A stretch of DNA of 29,183 nucleotides from Thelocarpon superellum (taxonomy: Eukaryota), in assembly GCA_026025795.1 (NCBI GenBank), contig JAPEUG010000018.1, forward strand, positions 62,001-91,183, written 5' to 3'. Within the stretch, counting starts at the first letter, position 1. Each line of letters starts with the position of its first letter. The translations under genes and the position numbers were made by a program. Shown one piece after another: positions 1 to 13,375 of the stretch. The notes below the pieces were generated by a model. The model worked only from the letters and a program-made list of their open reading frames with translations, was not told where the DNA came from and made no database searches.

Positions 1-993
1 GGGGCGGGAAGGTGGGCCTAGGCAGCCATCAGCACCAGCCGAGAAGAAGAAGAAATGCATGACTCACCTTGATCATGTCTCCCGTGACAAACCCTACGCC
101 ACCAGTCCAGTTCTCGGGGGCGTTGTTCAGCACGTAGTGCACCCGAAAGCCCGCATCCTCCTTGACGAGCTGGTCGAGATCCTCCCGCAACAGGATATCT
201 TCCACGTTGACGTTGGCAAAGATCAAATCCACCTCGGTCGTGTCGGTGCCCCCGTTCTTCGGACGACCTCGGATGATGGCGCGGATGATCTGTAACATGG
301 GCGTGATCCCGGTACCACCAGCGATCATACCGAAATGCCGGACCAGATTGGGTGTGTACACCATGTTTCCCTTGGGACCCTTCACCTTGATTGTCTCGCC
401 AACCTTGAGCGAGGCCATGTACTTGGAGATGTTGCCGGTAGGGTAGCTTTTGATGAGTAGATCAAAGTATCCGGGATTCTCGTCCGACGAGATGGGCGTA
501 TACGACCGAACGATTTCCTTGGGCTGCTCCGGAAGCAACGCCGCGATGGAGATATGTTGGCCAATGGGGAGCCCCAAGATGTCCGCCGCCGACGGTAAGG
601 CAAATCGGTAGCTGCAGCATCACTTAGCTAGGGCGCTCGAGATGTCCGGGCAGAGCTGGGTTTACGAACATGGCCACATTGTGCGAGATGATGGTCTTCT
701 CCTTGAGGGGGAACTCCTGAAACTTGTCCGGCTTGAGAACTTTTTTGGTCACTGATCCCACGCATGCCACTTAGAATCTTTCGCAAGTCACGCACAGCCA
801 TCTCACGGTCAGACGTACTATTGTTGTAGAGCTTCCACGCGCTGAAGACCACGGCGAGCGCCACGGAATACCAGACCCACTCCATCTTGCAGATGGCCGT
901 GCCGGTGACCAGTAGCGCCGAGGGAACGTAGATGCCGTTGATGTATTGGGGTGCAAGCCAAGAATTAGGCAATCGTTGGTACGGTTTGGCCAT
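1..993 (-). CDS. CBR1: NADH-cytochrome b5 reductase 1 (3' end lies outside the window)
   Basis: Exons 993-819, 751-670, 611-68, 17-<1, joined at GT..AG introns in frame. Motifs: N-terminal hydrophobic anchor, [37 protein letters not shown] (FAD binding), [12 protein letters not shown] (NADH binding). Confidence 0.95.
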
Positions 994-1309
994 ATTCAGG
1001 GAGTCGCGACGGTCAAGATACCGAGCACGAAAATTTGGCTTGTCGAGCTTGTGACTCGTTCGTTGGCCGAAATCTTTCGGTTGAGATCTTCATGGTCGCT
1101 TCGGGCAACACGCGTGCGCCGTAGTCAACGGCGCGCAGCCTGGCGCCACAACCTTAGCACGGTAGCTTCAGAGCTTCATCATTCAAGAGATCATGACATG
1201 TATCGGAAGAATCGTATTACCAGCGGACCAGAACACGCCTGATATGTCGGCGTCCATTGATACTCAGGCACAGCCATCTAATCACCGCCGTCTACACTGT
1301 CCGGCCGCA

Positions 1310-1972
1310 TTACTCGTTTCTGCTGCCATGATCCTCAGTCCCAAGCTCATCCTTCCACCATTCCCTAAACAACACCAGTCGCTCTGTCCTCACGCGTGCC
1401 ATTTCCCTCCCAGTATTGGTTTTCATCATACTTTCCAGTCGTTCTAATTTTTCTTCAACGTGCGTGATCGCGTCGTCCATCCCCCGATCCCCTTTCGCTC
1501 CGCCGAAGGTGAAACACCTCCCAATGCCGACAGCCCCAATCGCGTCCAAGCGGTCCGCATCCTGCACCGGGCCCAGCTCGGGTAAGCGTGCAAGCACCGC
1601 GGCCACCCCTGTTGGGTCTTTGTTCTCTCTCGAGTAGCTAACCGCGTTCACCACTTCCTGCACTCTCTCGGCCAAATCCAAGGGCGCGTCGGCAGACAGG
1701 AGAAAGTCCCTGGCCAGACGCGTGCCATCATGACCGAGGGGGAGATATTTCCGGTCTCCGACGTCGTGAAGAAGTGCAGCAAGCGTCACGACGTTGAGAT
1801 CGTACTCGGCATGGGACCCGGAGTGGGACGGGAAATCGGATGCGGACTCGGTGCGAGCGATATGACGAGCAAGGCGAAGGACGCGCTCGATATGTGCATA
1901 GTCATGGGAGGCGTCGTAGTGAGACATGTGTTGTTTGACGTAAGTTTCTGTCTTGGATATGAGTGCGGACAT
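1310..1972 (-). CDS. HD-domain metal-dependent phosphohydrolase
   Basis: Single exon from MSALISK (ATG at 1972). Motifs YDASHDYAHIERV, AALLHDVGDRKY, VQDADRLDAIGAVGIGRCFTFGG and a KL..LESMMKT.TGR..A..RT C-terminus. Confidence 0.9.
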   Translation of the reverse strand: MSALISKTETYVKQHMSHYDASHDYAHIERVLRLARHIARTESASDFPSHSGSHAEYDLNVVTLAALLHDVGDRKYLPLGHDGTRLARDFLLSADAPLDLAERVQEVVNAVSYSRENKDPTGVAAVLARLPELGPVQDADRLDAIGAVGIGRCFTFGGAKGDRGMDDAITHVEEKLERLESMMKTNTGREMARVRTERLVLFREWWKDELGTEDHGSRNE

Positions 1973-2582
1973 GATGTGCAGATGCGTTTCACCATTCGTT
2001 GTGAAAAAGGTCGAAAACGCTGTGACTGCGACTGTGATGTTACCGTAAAGACACAAAAATGACTTGGCCGGGTGCCAAACCCAGAAATCATTCAATGTCA
2101 AACATGCGCCGAATCTGCATCCAGTTGATCGGCCCAAGCTTGGAGACCTCGCACATACAAGATGCTGTTGCAGCGAAAGTTAGCAAGGAAAGGTAATTAT
2201 TTGATCCCCAGCGCTTGACCAGTCCACCGTCATCGAGCGTGCCGATCAAGCAAGACAGAGCGACGGACGCTAAGCGTAACGCTGTCACGTGAACCTGCCT
2301 TGGTCTGCGCCAGGGTCGGGGACGGTAAGCGAAGCCACCATCGGCGCTAGTATTCGCTTGTGGGCACATTGGCAGCGCAATCAGCAGGCGCAAAGCCGCG
2401 CTGTTCGGAGTGCTCAATTCCAGCACTTTGTAACGCTCTTTCTCCGCTTGCATGACCCACTCCAATTTGTTGCTGTGTCCTCGCTGAGAGGCGCGGCAGC
2501 CTGGCAGTCGTTAGGAGAACAACCGAGACTGGCTTAGCTCATCCCCCACAGCGCCCAGATCACGTCCCCAGCGCCCCGGCGG

Positions 2583-2590
2583 TATATATA
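2583..2590 (+). promoter_or_regulatory. TATA box of the histone H4 gene
   Basis: TATATATA about 175 nt upstream of the H4 ATG, followed by a CT-rich leader. Confidence 0.6.
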
Positions 2591-2760
2591 CCGTCTCCCT
2601 GCCCACGCCCTCCTCTCTCTCCCCATTGTTTCGGCTGTCACGCAAAATCCGCATTTCCCCACCCACCGCCGCAACCGCCATCAATATCACCCCGACGCGT
2701 CTCCTTTCACGTGTTCTTCACCTCTAGCCTCATCTCACTCTATCCTCTACATCATCCAAG

Positions 2761-3420
<660 letters not shown>

Positions 3421-3787
3421 AGACGCCTATCCCGGCATCATGGTGTCGCTGCACCCGTGCCTTACTCGGCCCGTCACCGGAACGCCCTCTGAGAGGCACA
3501 TCACATTCGGTCGGATGACTTATGGGCCACGGGCTGGGCGTACACTTATTCTCTTACGTCTGGTGGGAGGAAGAGGCGTTTACTGATCCTTGTGTGTCCC
3601 ATGATCGGGGAGGGATGGAGTGGCACGGAGCGGATGGAAGGATGACTAAACGGGGAATCGTTAAGATCAAGACATTGCTGTATCATAATCGCCGCCCCTT
3701 CATTCGGCTATCATCAGTATGACAGCATCGAAGACATTCTCTCCATATCTACAGACGGCTCAAACACATCTTGACCCCGACCCAAAT

Positions 3788-5153
3788 CTAACGCTTTGTA
3801 GCATCCACAGTATTAGCTGCCGTCTCTGTCGCTACGGACGAGACCGACGTGGCAGCGGACGAGACCGACTCAGCAGCGTCCTGCACGCGCTCGCGAGCTT
3901 TCTGCGCCAGCTGCTCGGGGGTCGGATAGCGCCTGAGGGCTTTGAGAAGGATGTAGTAAGCGTGAATGATGAGGCGATGGACGGATTCCTTGACGATCAT
4001 GGTAATGCCGTGAGAAAAGAAGCCCTTGAGTACTTCGCCCGCTAGACCTTCGTAGAGTGCGCCCAGGCCGTCTTGTTGCGCCATGTGCGCGATTGTTGCA
4101 AAGACGTTGCGGCGTGCCCTCGCCTTTGCTCCTACGTTTCGGCGTGGTTTTTTGGCCCCTTCTTCTGCTGCTGCTGCTGCTGCTGTTCGCTCGTTCTCGG
4201 GATGGTCGGTGCTACGGTTCTTCTCTGTAGGTGATCCTGAGTCGACGTCGCTGGTTCGGGCAGAGATTTGAGCCCGCGCTTTGGCTAATGAGAAGGGATA
4301 GGTGATTGAGGAGGCGATCGCCTTGCTGATGGCGGCGAGAAGGAATGTGGCAGTCGGCCCGGGACTGTCTCGTCGGGCTCGTGGGATGGTGGCGCGCTTG
4401 AGAGATTCGTAGAGGAGGAAAGTCAGGCTCGGGTTCAGCGTGAGGACCAGGCTCGCGGAGTAGCCGGACCAGAATCCCTGAAAGCCCTTTTCCTGGTAAA
4501 TGGCGGTCGCGATGCTCCTCGCGCTTGGCGCGGCAGCTTTTGAACCTTTCGATGAGCGCGCGGCAATCATGGCGGAGGTCTGCTTGCGCGTGACGATGTT
4601 GGCGATGGGAGTGGTGATGAGTTTCGCAAAGGCTCCCGCCAAGAATCCCACATTGAGCTCCTCTAGAACCGGGAGATGCTTCTGCGGATGGCCCTTGGAC
4701 TGGAGTTGACGTTGACGGAGGAAGTTATAGGCGAGGAAAAAGAGAAACGCATCCAATACGCTCTTGCCCGTGTCCTGGGCGACGCCGGTATAGAATGCTG
4801 CCACCCCGCCTTCATCATGGTAGATCTTGACGAATGCATCGCGGATCCCCAGATACTCCCCATCGTGGGGAAGGGATGATTCTTTCCGCAGCTGCCGTTG
4901 CACTTGTAACCGGGTGATGATCAGGTCGAGCGGAAATACAACGACATTGGAGATGGCGCTCCCGACTGAGCCGGCAAGTGCATGACCGAGTGCTGGAAGG
5001 GCAGGCCCCTCGATGAACGACCTTCGGTGTCCTGGCTCGTGCTCTTGGTGGTAGAGATCGAAGGCGTCCTATCCGCTCTTAGTACTGCAACGGACCCACA
5101 GCGTCGTACTTGGCAGATTGTCTCACAAGTTGACTGTGATATACTTGAGCCAT
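3788..5153 (-). CDS. ANT1: Peroxisomal adenine nucleotide transporter (mitochondrial carrier family)
   Basis: Exon 1 5153-5127 (MAQVYHSQL), intron 5126-5069 (GTGAGA..CTAAG..TAG), exon 2 5068-3788 (DAFDLYH..GPALPALGHALAG). Three carrier signatures PLDLIITRLQ, PIANIVTRKQ, PFSLAKARAQ, plus GFWSGYSASLVLTLNPSLTF. Confidence 0.88.
4165..4185. repeat. (CTG)7 microsatellite encoding poly-Ala in the ANT1 loop
   Basis: Seven CTG units read directly. Translates as TAAAAAAEE on the minus strand. Confidence 0.9.
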
Positions 5154-6803
5154 CTCAGAGATCCGCTGTCCCTAGTGCGACCGCAGAATATCGATGTATC
5201 GCGACGAGGACGATCTGCGCACGACGATCTCGGAGCTTCACTTGGCGGGGCCGAGACCGAGCTTGTGTAGGTATGATGTCATCATTCGGCTACTCGTGTT
5301 TGTGATCTTTTGCTGTTCGATTGGCCCAGTGTGGGGAGAACGATCGTATATATTAAACCAAGTACTTGACTTTCCGAGTGTCCCACCTGCTCGATCAGCT
5401 GCAAATGTTGACGGCTGTCCCTCCCCACACCCATCTCCAAGCTCTTTGATCACCTCGCACCTCTTCAAACATCACTCTGAGTAGATCCATGTACCAGATA
5501 TGTCAAGCCTGTCCCAGTTGAAGACTGGCTTCACTCCCACGCCAAATTTCCAAACATGTAACCCTGCTATATCCGTCTCCAAATTATTCACCTTCCTCAC
5601 GTCCTCAACATGGCGATGATTTGTCCCACCAACAAGTACATCGCACTACGGGCAGATGGCGTATTCGCAGGGCTGCACGCATGGCGGGACAGTCCGGCCC
5701 GTGACATGGTGCGAGCATTCGTGGGAGCAGATCGGTAGGGTCATCCGAAGCGTGTTTCGCATCGGCCATGGCCGGTTCGCCCGATCGCGCCGCATTCCCG
5801 GCGCCTGGCCCACAACACCTAGTAGCCTACCCGCTCTGCAATAGGATCTCTAGACCCTTTCGTACTTTCGTAATTCGAGTACTTGAGTTAAACACTGGAG
5901 CTCTAAGAACCAGCCGCCTCTGTGGCTCGCCAGAAACGGCACGAGAGGTCACGTACTCATGCCCTCAATCTTCGAGAGTACGGCGTTTCGGAGATGGAAT
6001 GGGATGAATGACGCCACGAAGCTCACGGGCGATGGGGACATGATTGCGGTCCTGACCCCATGCAAACGACAAGCGTCATGAGGCGAACGGAGGTCGCTGG
6101 CCAACGTGGCTAGCTATCTGTTACAAGCTACGGCTCGCTATCGCCCCCACGGCCAAGAGCCCCAGGTCGATTCGCAGGGAGTTGTATGCGAGGGCTTGCG
6201 CACGGGCCTGAAAAATGAGGCTGAAGAAAGGACGAGCTGGTCATTGGCGAAGTGGCCGATCTGGTGGGCCCTCGTGTGGGACCAACCTGCGTGCGAAACA
6301 TATTCTCGGGTAACGGACTCGTACTCGACTGTATGCAGCCCGGCCTTTGCATCGTTGTGACCGGTCATCCACACCTCCCTGGGCCCATCCGACCCAATCT
6401 TCTACTATGACTGGAAGTCATGCCATCAGTACTCGTGCAAAGTCCCGACTCATGCCACGTCATCTAGTCCTTATGCATCGAGCACAGGTGACATCAAGGT
6501 ACTTATGACAGCAGCGATGCCCGCCGGCCTTTCTGATTCGTGCTTCCGTGATGTCTCCCACCTTGCTTGGATTCACGAGGGAGCTTCCTGGCTTGTGGTG
6601 GACGTCCGGTGGCTAGGATGCAAGGACCGGTGCACGCGGAGATGTGAATTCGTCTCCTATGCGGATGTCCTCCTGGCAGACTCTACTCTCATCAAGTGCC
6701 TCGTTGAATGCGTGTACTGTCTAGCCTTCCAGCTTGGCGATCTCTCCGCGGGTGAACCTGTTGACGAAGACTTCAATCTCATCCCCTGTTCGCTCTATCA
6801 AAG

Positions 6804-9800
6804 ATGATCGTACCCGCACATGTCAACCTGAAATATTGGTTCTACCCTACCGGCAATACCCCCGCGGTCAATCTCTTTCGACAATTGCCAGCGTTGGACG
6901 CCTCTCATCCGACCGAAGAGGTGGAAGTGCTTCTGCTGGCATGTGGGGATCCACGCAGTCTACTGTTCTCGCTGTGGTGCGTGGATGGACACAGTGAGTA
7001 GATCTGATTCCTTGATCTACCCTCGGACCATCGCCATCGAGTGTCAGCCAGTCGAATGAGCTGACTGTCCATAGGTGCTTGTCGTCAATACCACTTCACC
7101 TGCTGCGACTTCGAACCGGCGATTCTCGGTGCGTAGGAGACTCGGGCGCGCAATCTCCCTGCAACTCACGTGAGCTAACGCCCGAATGCATCAGCTCGGA
7201 ATAGTATCCTGCTTGCGCTCATCATCGACGAGGGCGGCGACAGAACATCCCAGGCCTCGTGGGACCTCTTCTATCACCTCTACGTCCCCCAGAGCTCCTT
7301 GTCGGTACTCCAGACAGAAGTAGCGAAGCTTTTGTCGGTATCAGAATCGCCAGAGGCGTGGAACTCGTCACCTTACGGACGCTTTCTTCGCTTCCTTAGT
7401 TGGGATACTCTGCGGGAGGTCCGGCAGATCTGGCTACGTTATGCGCAGACGTGGCATTTCACCGCTGAGGAGCTTCAACAATACGAGACCCGAGCCCGAG
7501 CTGGGATGGAGGACAATTTCAAGAAGTATGAAAACACGCGGGTCCTTCATGGAGTCCGATCGGCCGGCGCGATGTGGTCACAAGCAGCCGCTACCATGTC
7601 CCACGCCTTTGCTCGGTACTGGGCGTCCGGCGTTGTGGCTGGGAACGCGGCGGACGTGCGCCGCCTTGGTCAACAGGGTCGGGTCAATCCTATGTTCGCG
7701 ACCTCATCCGCACCCGATGGAGGCTTTGCCGTGCACTATGGAACAGAGCCCCTCCTTGGCTTCAACCTTGCCGAAGCCTTTGAGTCCGTAGGCAACGGCA
7801 ACAACAATACGGTCAATCACGAAGCTCTCGATCGATCCGTGCGGCTGGCCAAGACCCAAATACAGGCGTGGTCGACCAGTCTGGCCCACTTCGTCCGTGC
7901 GGATCGCATTCGAATCAGACTCTTCTGTGGAGATGCCGTCCGACTCTGCCAGGAGCTGGAACGACCTCCGCCGGCGGAAAAAGGCACTACCTTCCCAAGC
8001 GCCTATACTAAGCAGTGGAGCTTTAGACCGCTCGTCCTCGATGGGGAAGCATGGCCACATAGCCAGAGCCAGGATGAGCATCCGCGTTTTGACGTTGTCG
8101 ACACCTCGAACCTCATCGATCACGTGGGAGCGATGACGGTGTTGGCTTCCGCTGCGCCTCTGCTGTCTCGCAAGCCCACTTCGGTGCTCTACACCGAGAG
8201 TCTTCTCCTGGCCTCGGAAGATGTCACGTCCACGTTGCCTCAGCTACTTTCTTCGGATACAACAACGTTCTCGCTGGCCATGGGTCTGACCCCGATCGGG
8301 CACGTCATCGGCTACACGACGGATGAGGTGGGTAACGAAGGGTTCATGTCTGCGATCGCGCCCAAAGCGGGTCGGGGTCAGTATCGCATTCGTGTATCTT
8401 GGGGATTCCCAGGATTGGGGGATCTATCAACCCCGCCTCCTGACCCCCAATGCGCCATGGCACCCGTGGAGTTTGACCCTGACCAGCTGGCGGCATACTT
8501 CTTCGACATCTACAAGAAGATGTTCGACTGTGAGGACTTGTCATCTTTGCCAAGTCGGACTCTACGCCAGTTCCTCATGCCCCTGGCAATTGATCTAGGT
8601 CACAATACTCGCGCCGTGCTAGCGTTCGTCCTCCGTCGCATTCGGGACCACGTCGCTACAGACTGGCCGCGGACAATGGCTCGGTTTCTTGACCATGTCG
8701 CGGATGATCCGAAGCGGCTGCTCGGGAGGAATTCATTGCAAGAGCTTCAGATGCACCTGCGCCTGATGGGTGTCCCTAGCGCAGCTGTCTTAGATCAAGA
8801 TCCTCGCAAGATTGGAATGACGCCCTACGGCCAGCCACGTCCGCCGGCGCCTGGTGGAAAGGGTGTTTTGGCCGAGGCACACTTACCCGCGGTGATCCAA
8901 ATCTTGTTGATCGTGCCGCGAGAGAAACTCCAGGTCTTTTGGAGTCCAGAATGTGAGGGCACCCCGGGGCTCCACCTCTCTGTGATGCAGGTTACCCCTG
9001 GCTCCGTGTTCGAGAACTCATTCCACGCCATTCACTGCGCCTTTGGCTCTGTCGCCCGCCGATCGGACGACGGAGAGTCTTGTGAGATTGAAGAAGATGC
9101 GGACGGCTGGCTTGGCTCGTCGGACCTACTCGTCACCTGTCAGGTCCCGACGTTCCCTCTCCTCCTTGGACCTAGACGAGGGCTCCGTGTCACGCTGGCT
9201 GTCAATAGCACCCCGTCTACGACCTCGCTCACAAGCCAACTGGGCTTTGATCTGGCGATCTTTCAGTGTGGGCTGGATGATCGAAGGCTTTTAATTTTGA
9301 AGGACTTTCCCAGCCTCCGTGTCAACGCCCGACTTCTGGCCGAGCCAGTTGCGTGGCGGTCTGCATCGGGAGATCGATCGGCCACCCGCGTCGTCGTCAG
9401 CTTAGATGGCGATTTTCGAGTACAACATCTGACGATTCGCGCCGATACCTCATCCTCACCACCAGAGAGCGAAGCGCTCTTGCAGGGTGCCTCCGTCACG
9501 CTCGCACAGTCTTCGCCATGCACCTTGTTGCTCGGCATCGGCGACAACACGCGGCTTCTGATCTGCCCCTTCCCGGTTGACGGTCAAAGTCCCAAGATTC
9601 GGGTCGCGAGGAGACGCTCCTGGGTCGAGGTCATTGTTCCTGTGTCACGGGCACGCGATCCGGCCGGCTTTGCCCTCTCGCCGTTCCCCGTCATCCTCCC
9701 CGTTCCTGTCTCGCCCATGTCTGCTGCGACGCCCATCTCATGGGCCATGCCTCGAGTCGAACTCTCGAAACTTCCCAACGCCTTATCCCAAGCTGGCAGC

Positions 9801-10646
9801 AACGTTTCTTGGCTGCGACCCGTCATGAATGTGACTCTCACCGACGCCGAACGAGCGACCAACGAACAGGGAAGCCTTGGGCGACGCGTGGACGGATGGC
9901 TTGACCTAAAGGAGTCATTGGCCGCTATCTTTCTCGCATTTGGTGGCGTCGCGAAACCGGGTCAAGGAGCTCACCATACCTTCTGCCTTGTGACAAGACA
10001 CGACAACGAATGTGACATCCTTCTCTTCGCGACCAGCATCTTTCATGAGCTCGACTCAGCATCTGTCGTCATGGACGCGTGCGTGGTGCCTCTTACACTG
10101 GCGCGGAAGCATTACTTGGCACCAGCCTTGCAGCGACTCCATGTCGCCAAACCGTTGAGCATTGCCATCTCTGCGGAAGAATCGATCCTTTGGAAGCAGA
10201 TGCTCCCAGCCCTCGCAGAGCGATGTCGCACCTGGACCCATCGGCCGGGTTGCGCGTACCGAACGCAAGGTGCACCTTTGTCCACAAGGCCGAACGAGAA
10301 TCCGCTCTGTGCATGCGGCGAGGGCGATGTGCCACCACCTTTCTACGATCGTCCAGAACGAGCGCCATTCGCCTCGTCTGCCACCCGTATCGCCATCTCG
10401 CCACTCTTTCCAGTGCCCTACGAGGAATCTTTCATGTCTCTGCTGGAAGACCGAGTGCAATCCACGTCCGCTGCCCTGGCTACCACCAGCATTGGTGGCA
10501 CTGTGAACGCGAGGCGCTGCGACTCATGTCAGGTGGTGAAGGATGGATTGAAGCCATGTGCTCGGTGTCGGAAAGTGTGTTACTGCAACCGGAACTGTCA
10601 GAGGGCTGCTTGGAAAGAGCACAAGCGAAACTGTCGGGAGTCATGA
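6804..10646 (+). CDS. DUF4470 N-terminal domain / C-terminal zf-MYND protein (about 1230 aa)
   Basis: Exons 6804-6993, 7075-7128, 7195-10646. Motifs FYPTGNTPA, VLLLACGDPRSLLFS, FTCCDFEPAILARN, FDVVDTSNLIDHVG, and the MYND finger CDSC..CARCRKVCYCNRNCQRAAWKEHKRNC. Confidence 0.88.
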
Positions 10647-11136
10647 GCGATGGATGTCAAGCATCCACGAGACTTTGCAGACATCCACTGCGCGTGTCCA
10701 TTCTTGCGCCATCTGATCAAGCGACGCCCAACGATCACCCACACCAGTGCGCCAGCGCGCCGGCGTAGGTCTTGTCGATGCTCGCGCGTTGGCAACGTAA
10801 CCGGTCGAAGCGTAGCGAAGAGAGCGCCGGCTGTGCGATTTGCTGCCACTCTCATTGGCAAGACGCCTGCTGCTCTTGGTCAAATTTAGTCATGTTTTTG
10901 AGGATACTGAGCACTCAAAATCAGGGACATTGTATCTCCTACACTCGGTTGCACACGTAACCCTGGTCGTCCCATCCACGGCTAGGAGAGTCAAGCGATA
11001 GGAATGATGGAAGCGTCGAGATGACGTTCTTGCCTATCAGATGTGTCGGGGGATCTCTCCTACAATCCGCTCAAAGTCCTTCCTGCCATGCTTGTGCAGG
11101 ACGGCCACGACACGTGAATCTACCATCATCAGGTGG

Positions 11137-12118
11137 TTATCGTTGTTCATCAAGCGGGCGAGCCAACAGCCCAGATCCTCCAATCCCGACGCGGCACAAT
11201 GCCTCCCAGTCTACAGAGTCCATACTCTGAAACCCGTGCTCGTCTTCCTCTTCGGCCTGTGCACGGAGGGCTCCAGCATCGGCCGGCTTGTCGCATGGAT
11301 GTTCTAGATCGTGCGGTGCCCAAGCTGACGGCTACCTCAGGTCAGCGCGTTGAATCAGGCTCCACCAGATCGGAGGCACACACATGCCAGATGGCGGCAC
11401 AGGGCGTGTCGCTACGCCGCAGCAGTCGAACCATCTTCTCGAACTGAGCCGTGTTTGCCAGCTCTCCGGGGCGATCGCCGACCACAGTGTTGTCCTTGGA
11501 CACCAAATGATACTTGAAGGGGCCGTCCTGGAGGGAGTATCCCCCGTCGTGTCCATGCAGTCGTGCCGAGTACGCCGTCCGATCCCGAAGCGTGGCTTGC
11601 AAGTCAACGAAAGAGGCAGCCAAGGGGAGGTACAGTTCCGACAAGGCGGAGTCTCCATCTTGATGGCCGTCGACCGCGGTGATGAGGTAGACTTTGAACG
11701 TCGCCTTCGGCATACGTGGCGGAAGTTTGGCTTCCATGACACGAATCAACTTGGCCTTTACCCCGAGCACGGCAAACGCCTCATCCATGAGCCCGAGCGC
11801 ACGTGCCTGGTCATTCAGCGCGTCTGGAACCGCCTTGTGGTACATGGACGTGTGCCGAGAGAGCGTCTTGCTCAGCCACTTTTCACGGGTGTGGTCCGCG
11901 ATGGCGGAGCCCAGGGCGGTCATAAGGTCTCGGTCAAGTGTGACGGGCGCACGAGCTGTCGTGGGCGGGTCGGCGACGATGGAGAAGTTCCTGGTCAGAT
12001 AGTCTGACGGCCAGTCCGTCCCCAGTCCGACGTCGCTCTGCAGCTCGAGCAGCTCCATGGCCCAGCCGATGACTTGCTCGACCGTGGCCGGGCCATCGCT
12101 AAGTTTCGGTTTCACCAT
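11137..12118 (-). CDS. Hypothetical protein (about 309 aa)
   Basis: Long ORF from ATG 12118 in ACGATGG context. Probable 52-nt intron 11383-11332 (GTGTGT..GCTGAC..TAG) joins to an acidic last exon ending at TAA 11137. Unspliced stop would be 11342. No recognisable domain. Confidence 0.6.
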
Positions 12119-12631
12119 CGTTCAGCGACGTCTTCGATCTGGTGGCTGGATCTGCGGGTGGAAGAGGAGACTTGTGGAAAGGTAGAGTCAAGAAAAGGGC
12201 GGTCCTGGATGGAGGATGGGAAGGAGCCACATCAGTGGCGGAACAACATCATTGGCTCCTGAGGTCACCACAGAACTGCGCAGGCAACTTCCACGGCGGT
12301 GTGAATATGGTAAGAGCATCCCTTGGCGAGGAACATGGCACATGCATGAATGGTCAATGGGTCTCACATGTAGCGCCCGAGCTCTTGTTATACATGAATG
12401 TCTGCAACAAAAGCAGGGCGGCTCTAACCGGCCCCACCCTGCCGACCAACTCCAAACCCCAAGAACAGCGTTGCTGTGGCTATGACGCAAAAGGCAGATC
12501 GCAAGGTCGATAATTCACAGAGCGGAGAATTCTCAAAGGCAGGTCGAGTGGATTCAGCTCGAGCTCTCCAGCGTGATTTGGATCCGAAAGCCTTTCAAGG
12601 AATTGGAATGGTCCGAGGGGCTTCCTCCACT

Positions 12632-13375
12632 TCAAAAGACTGCTCGTTTGAGCACCTGTTTCACGGGTCCGAGTCAGACCTTGAACCAGACAAGTGCAGG
12701 CGCGGAGGGGCTGGGGGGACGACTCACCACCCATGCTCCGGCAGCACCGGCCACCAGGCCGCCGGAGATCATCATCGGACGGATGCCACGCGTGCTCTTG
12801 AATAGCATCCCACTGAGCGCACCGGCGACGACGCTGTTGGTGGCATCGTGCTTGCCTCGGTAATAGCCAATGGTGGAGTTGATGCAATTGTAGATGAGGG
12901 CGATCACGCCGGCGGAATTTCCCAAGAACGGCCCTCGTCTGGTAATGGAATTTAAGACGGAGTTCAGCCGCAGCTTCGGCGGGGCAGACGGAGGTAGACG
13001 GGTCAGGCCTTCCGTCAGACCCCATGCGCCACCGATCGACAGGGCGCCGAGGTAGGTGACGCCGGTGCCGTAGCAGAGGTCGTCGGAGAAGCCGCGCGAG
13101 GGTAGGGCGGAGCGCGCGCCTGGCAAGTCGGAAAGCGCGGACTCTTCGAGGGTCAAATAGTCGAGCGTCTGCTGGTTGAGACCGGCGAGAGGATGCAGCT
13201 GGGCGGGATCAGGGAGCGCAGGGTCGGTGAGGAAGGAGGAGACATCTTGCACATTCGTGTCGAAGGATGAGGGCGGGAATCCCTCCGCAGACGTTTGGAA
13301 GGCCGTGGACGGTGACGGAGTCGAGCTTGCAGGTGCGGATGATTTGCGACCCGTCAACGCATCCCAGAAGGACAT
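12632..13375 (-). CDS. TIM23: Mitochondrial inner membrane translocase subunit Tim23
   Basis: Exon 1 13375-12728 (MSFWDALTG..LHPLAGL..LPSRGFSDDLCYGTG..KLRLNSVLNSITRRGPFLGNSAG..RGKHD), intron GTGAGT..CTGAC..CAG, exon 2 12655-12632 (VLKRAVF*). Confidence 0.96.

Noticed and set aside
1973..2137. N-terminal extension of the HD protein in the ORF track
   Set aside because: It begins at a non-ATG codon and looks like UTR. ATG 1972 precedes the domain directly.
10079..10768. 229-aa alternative-frame ORF over the MYND region
   Set aside because: It overlaps a well-supported CDS in another frame and has no recognisable features.
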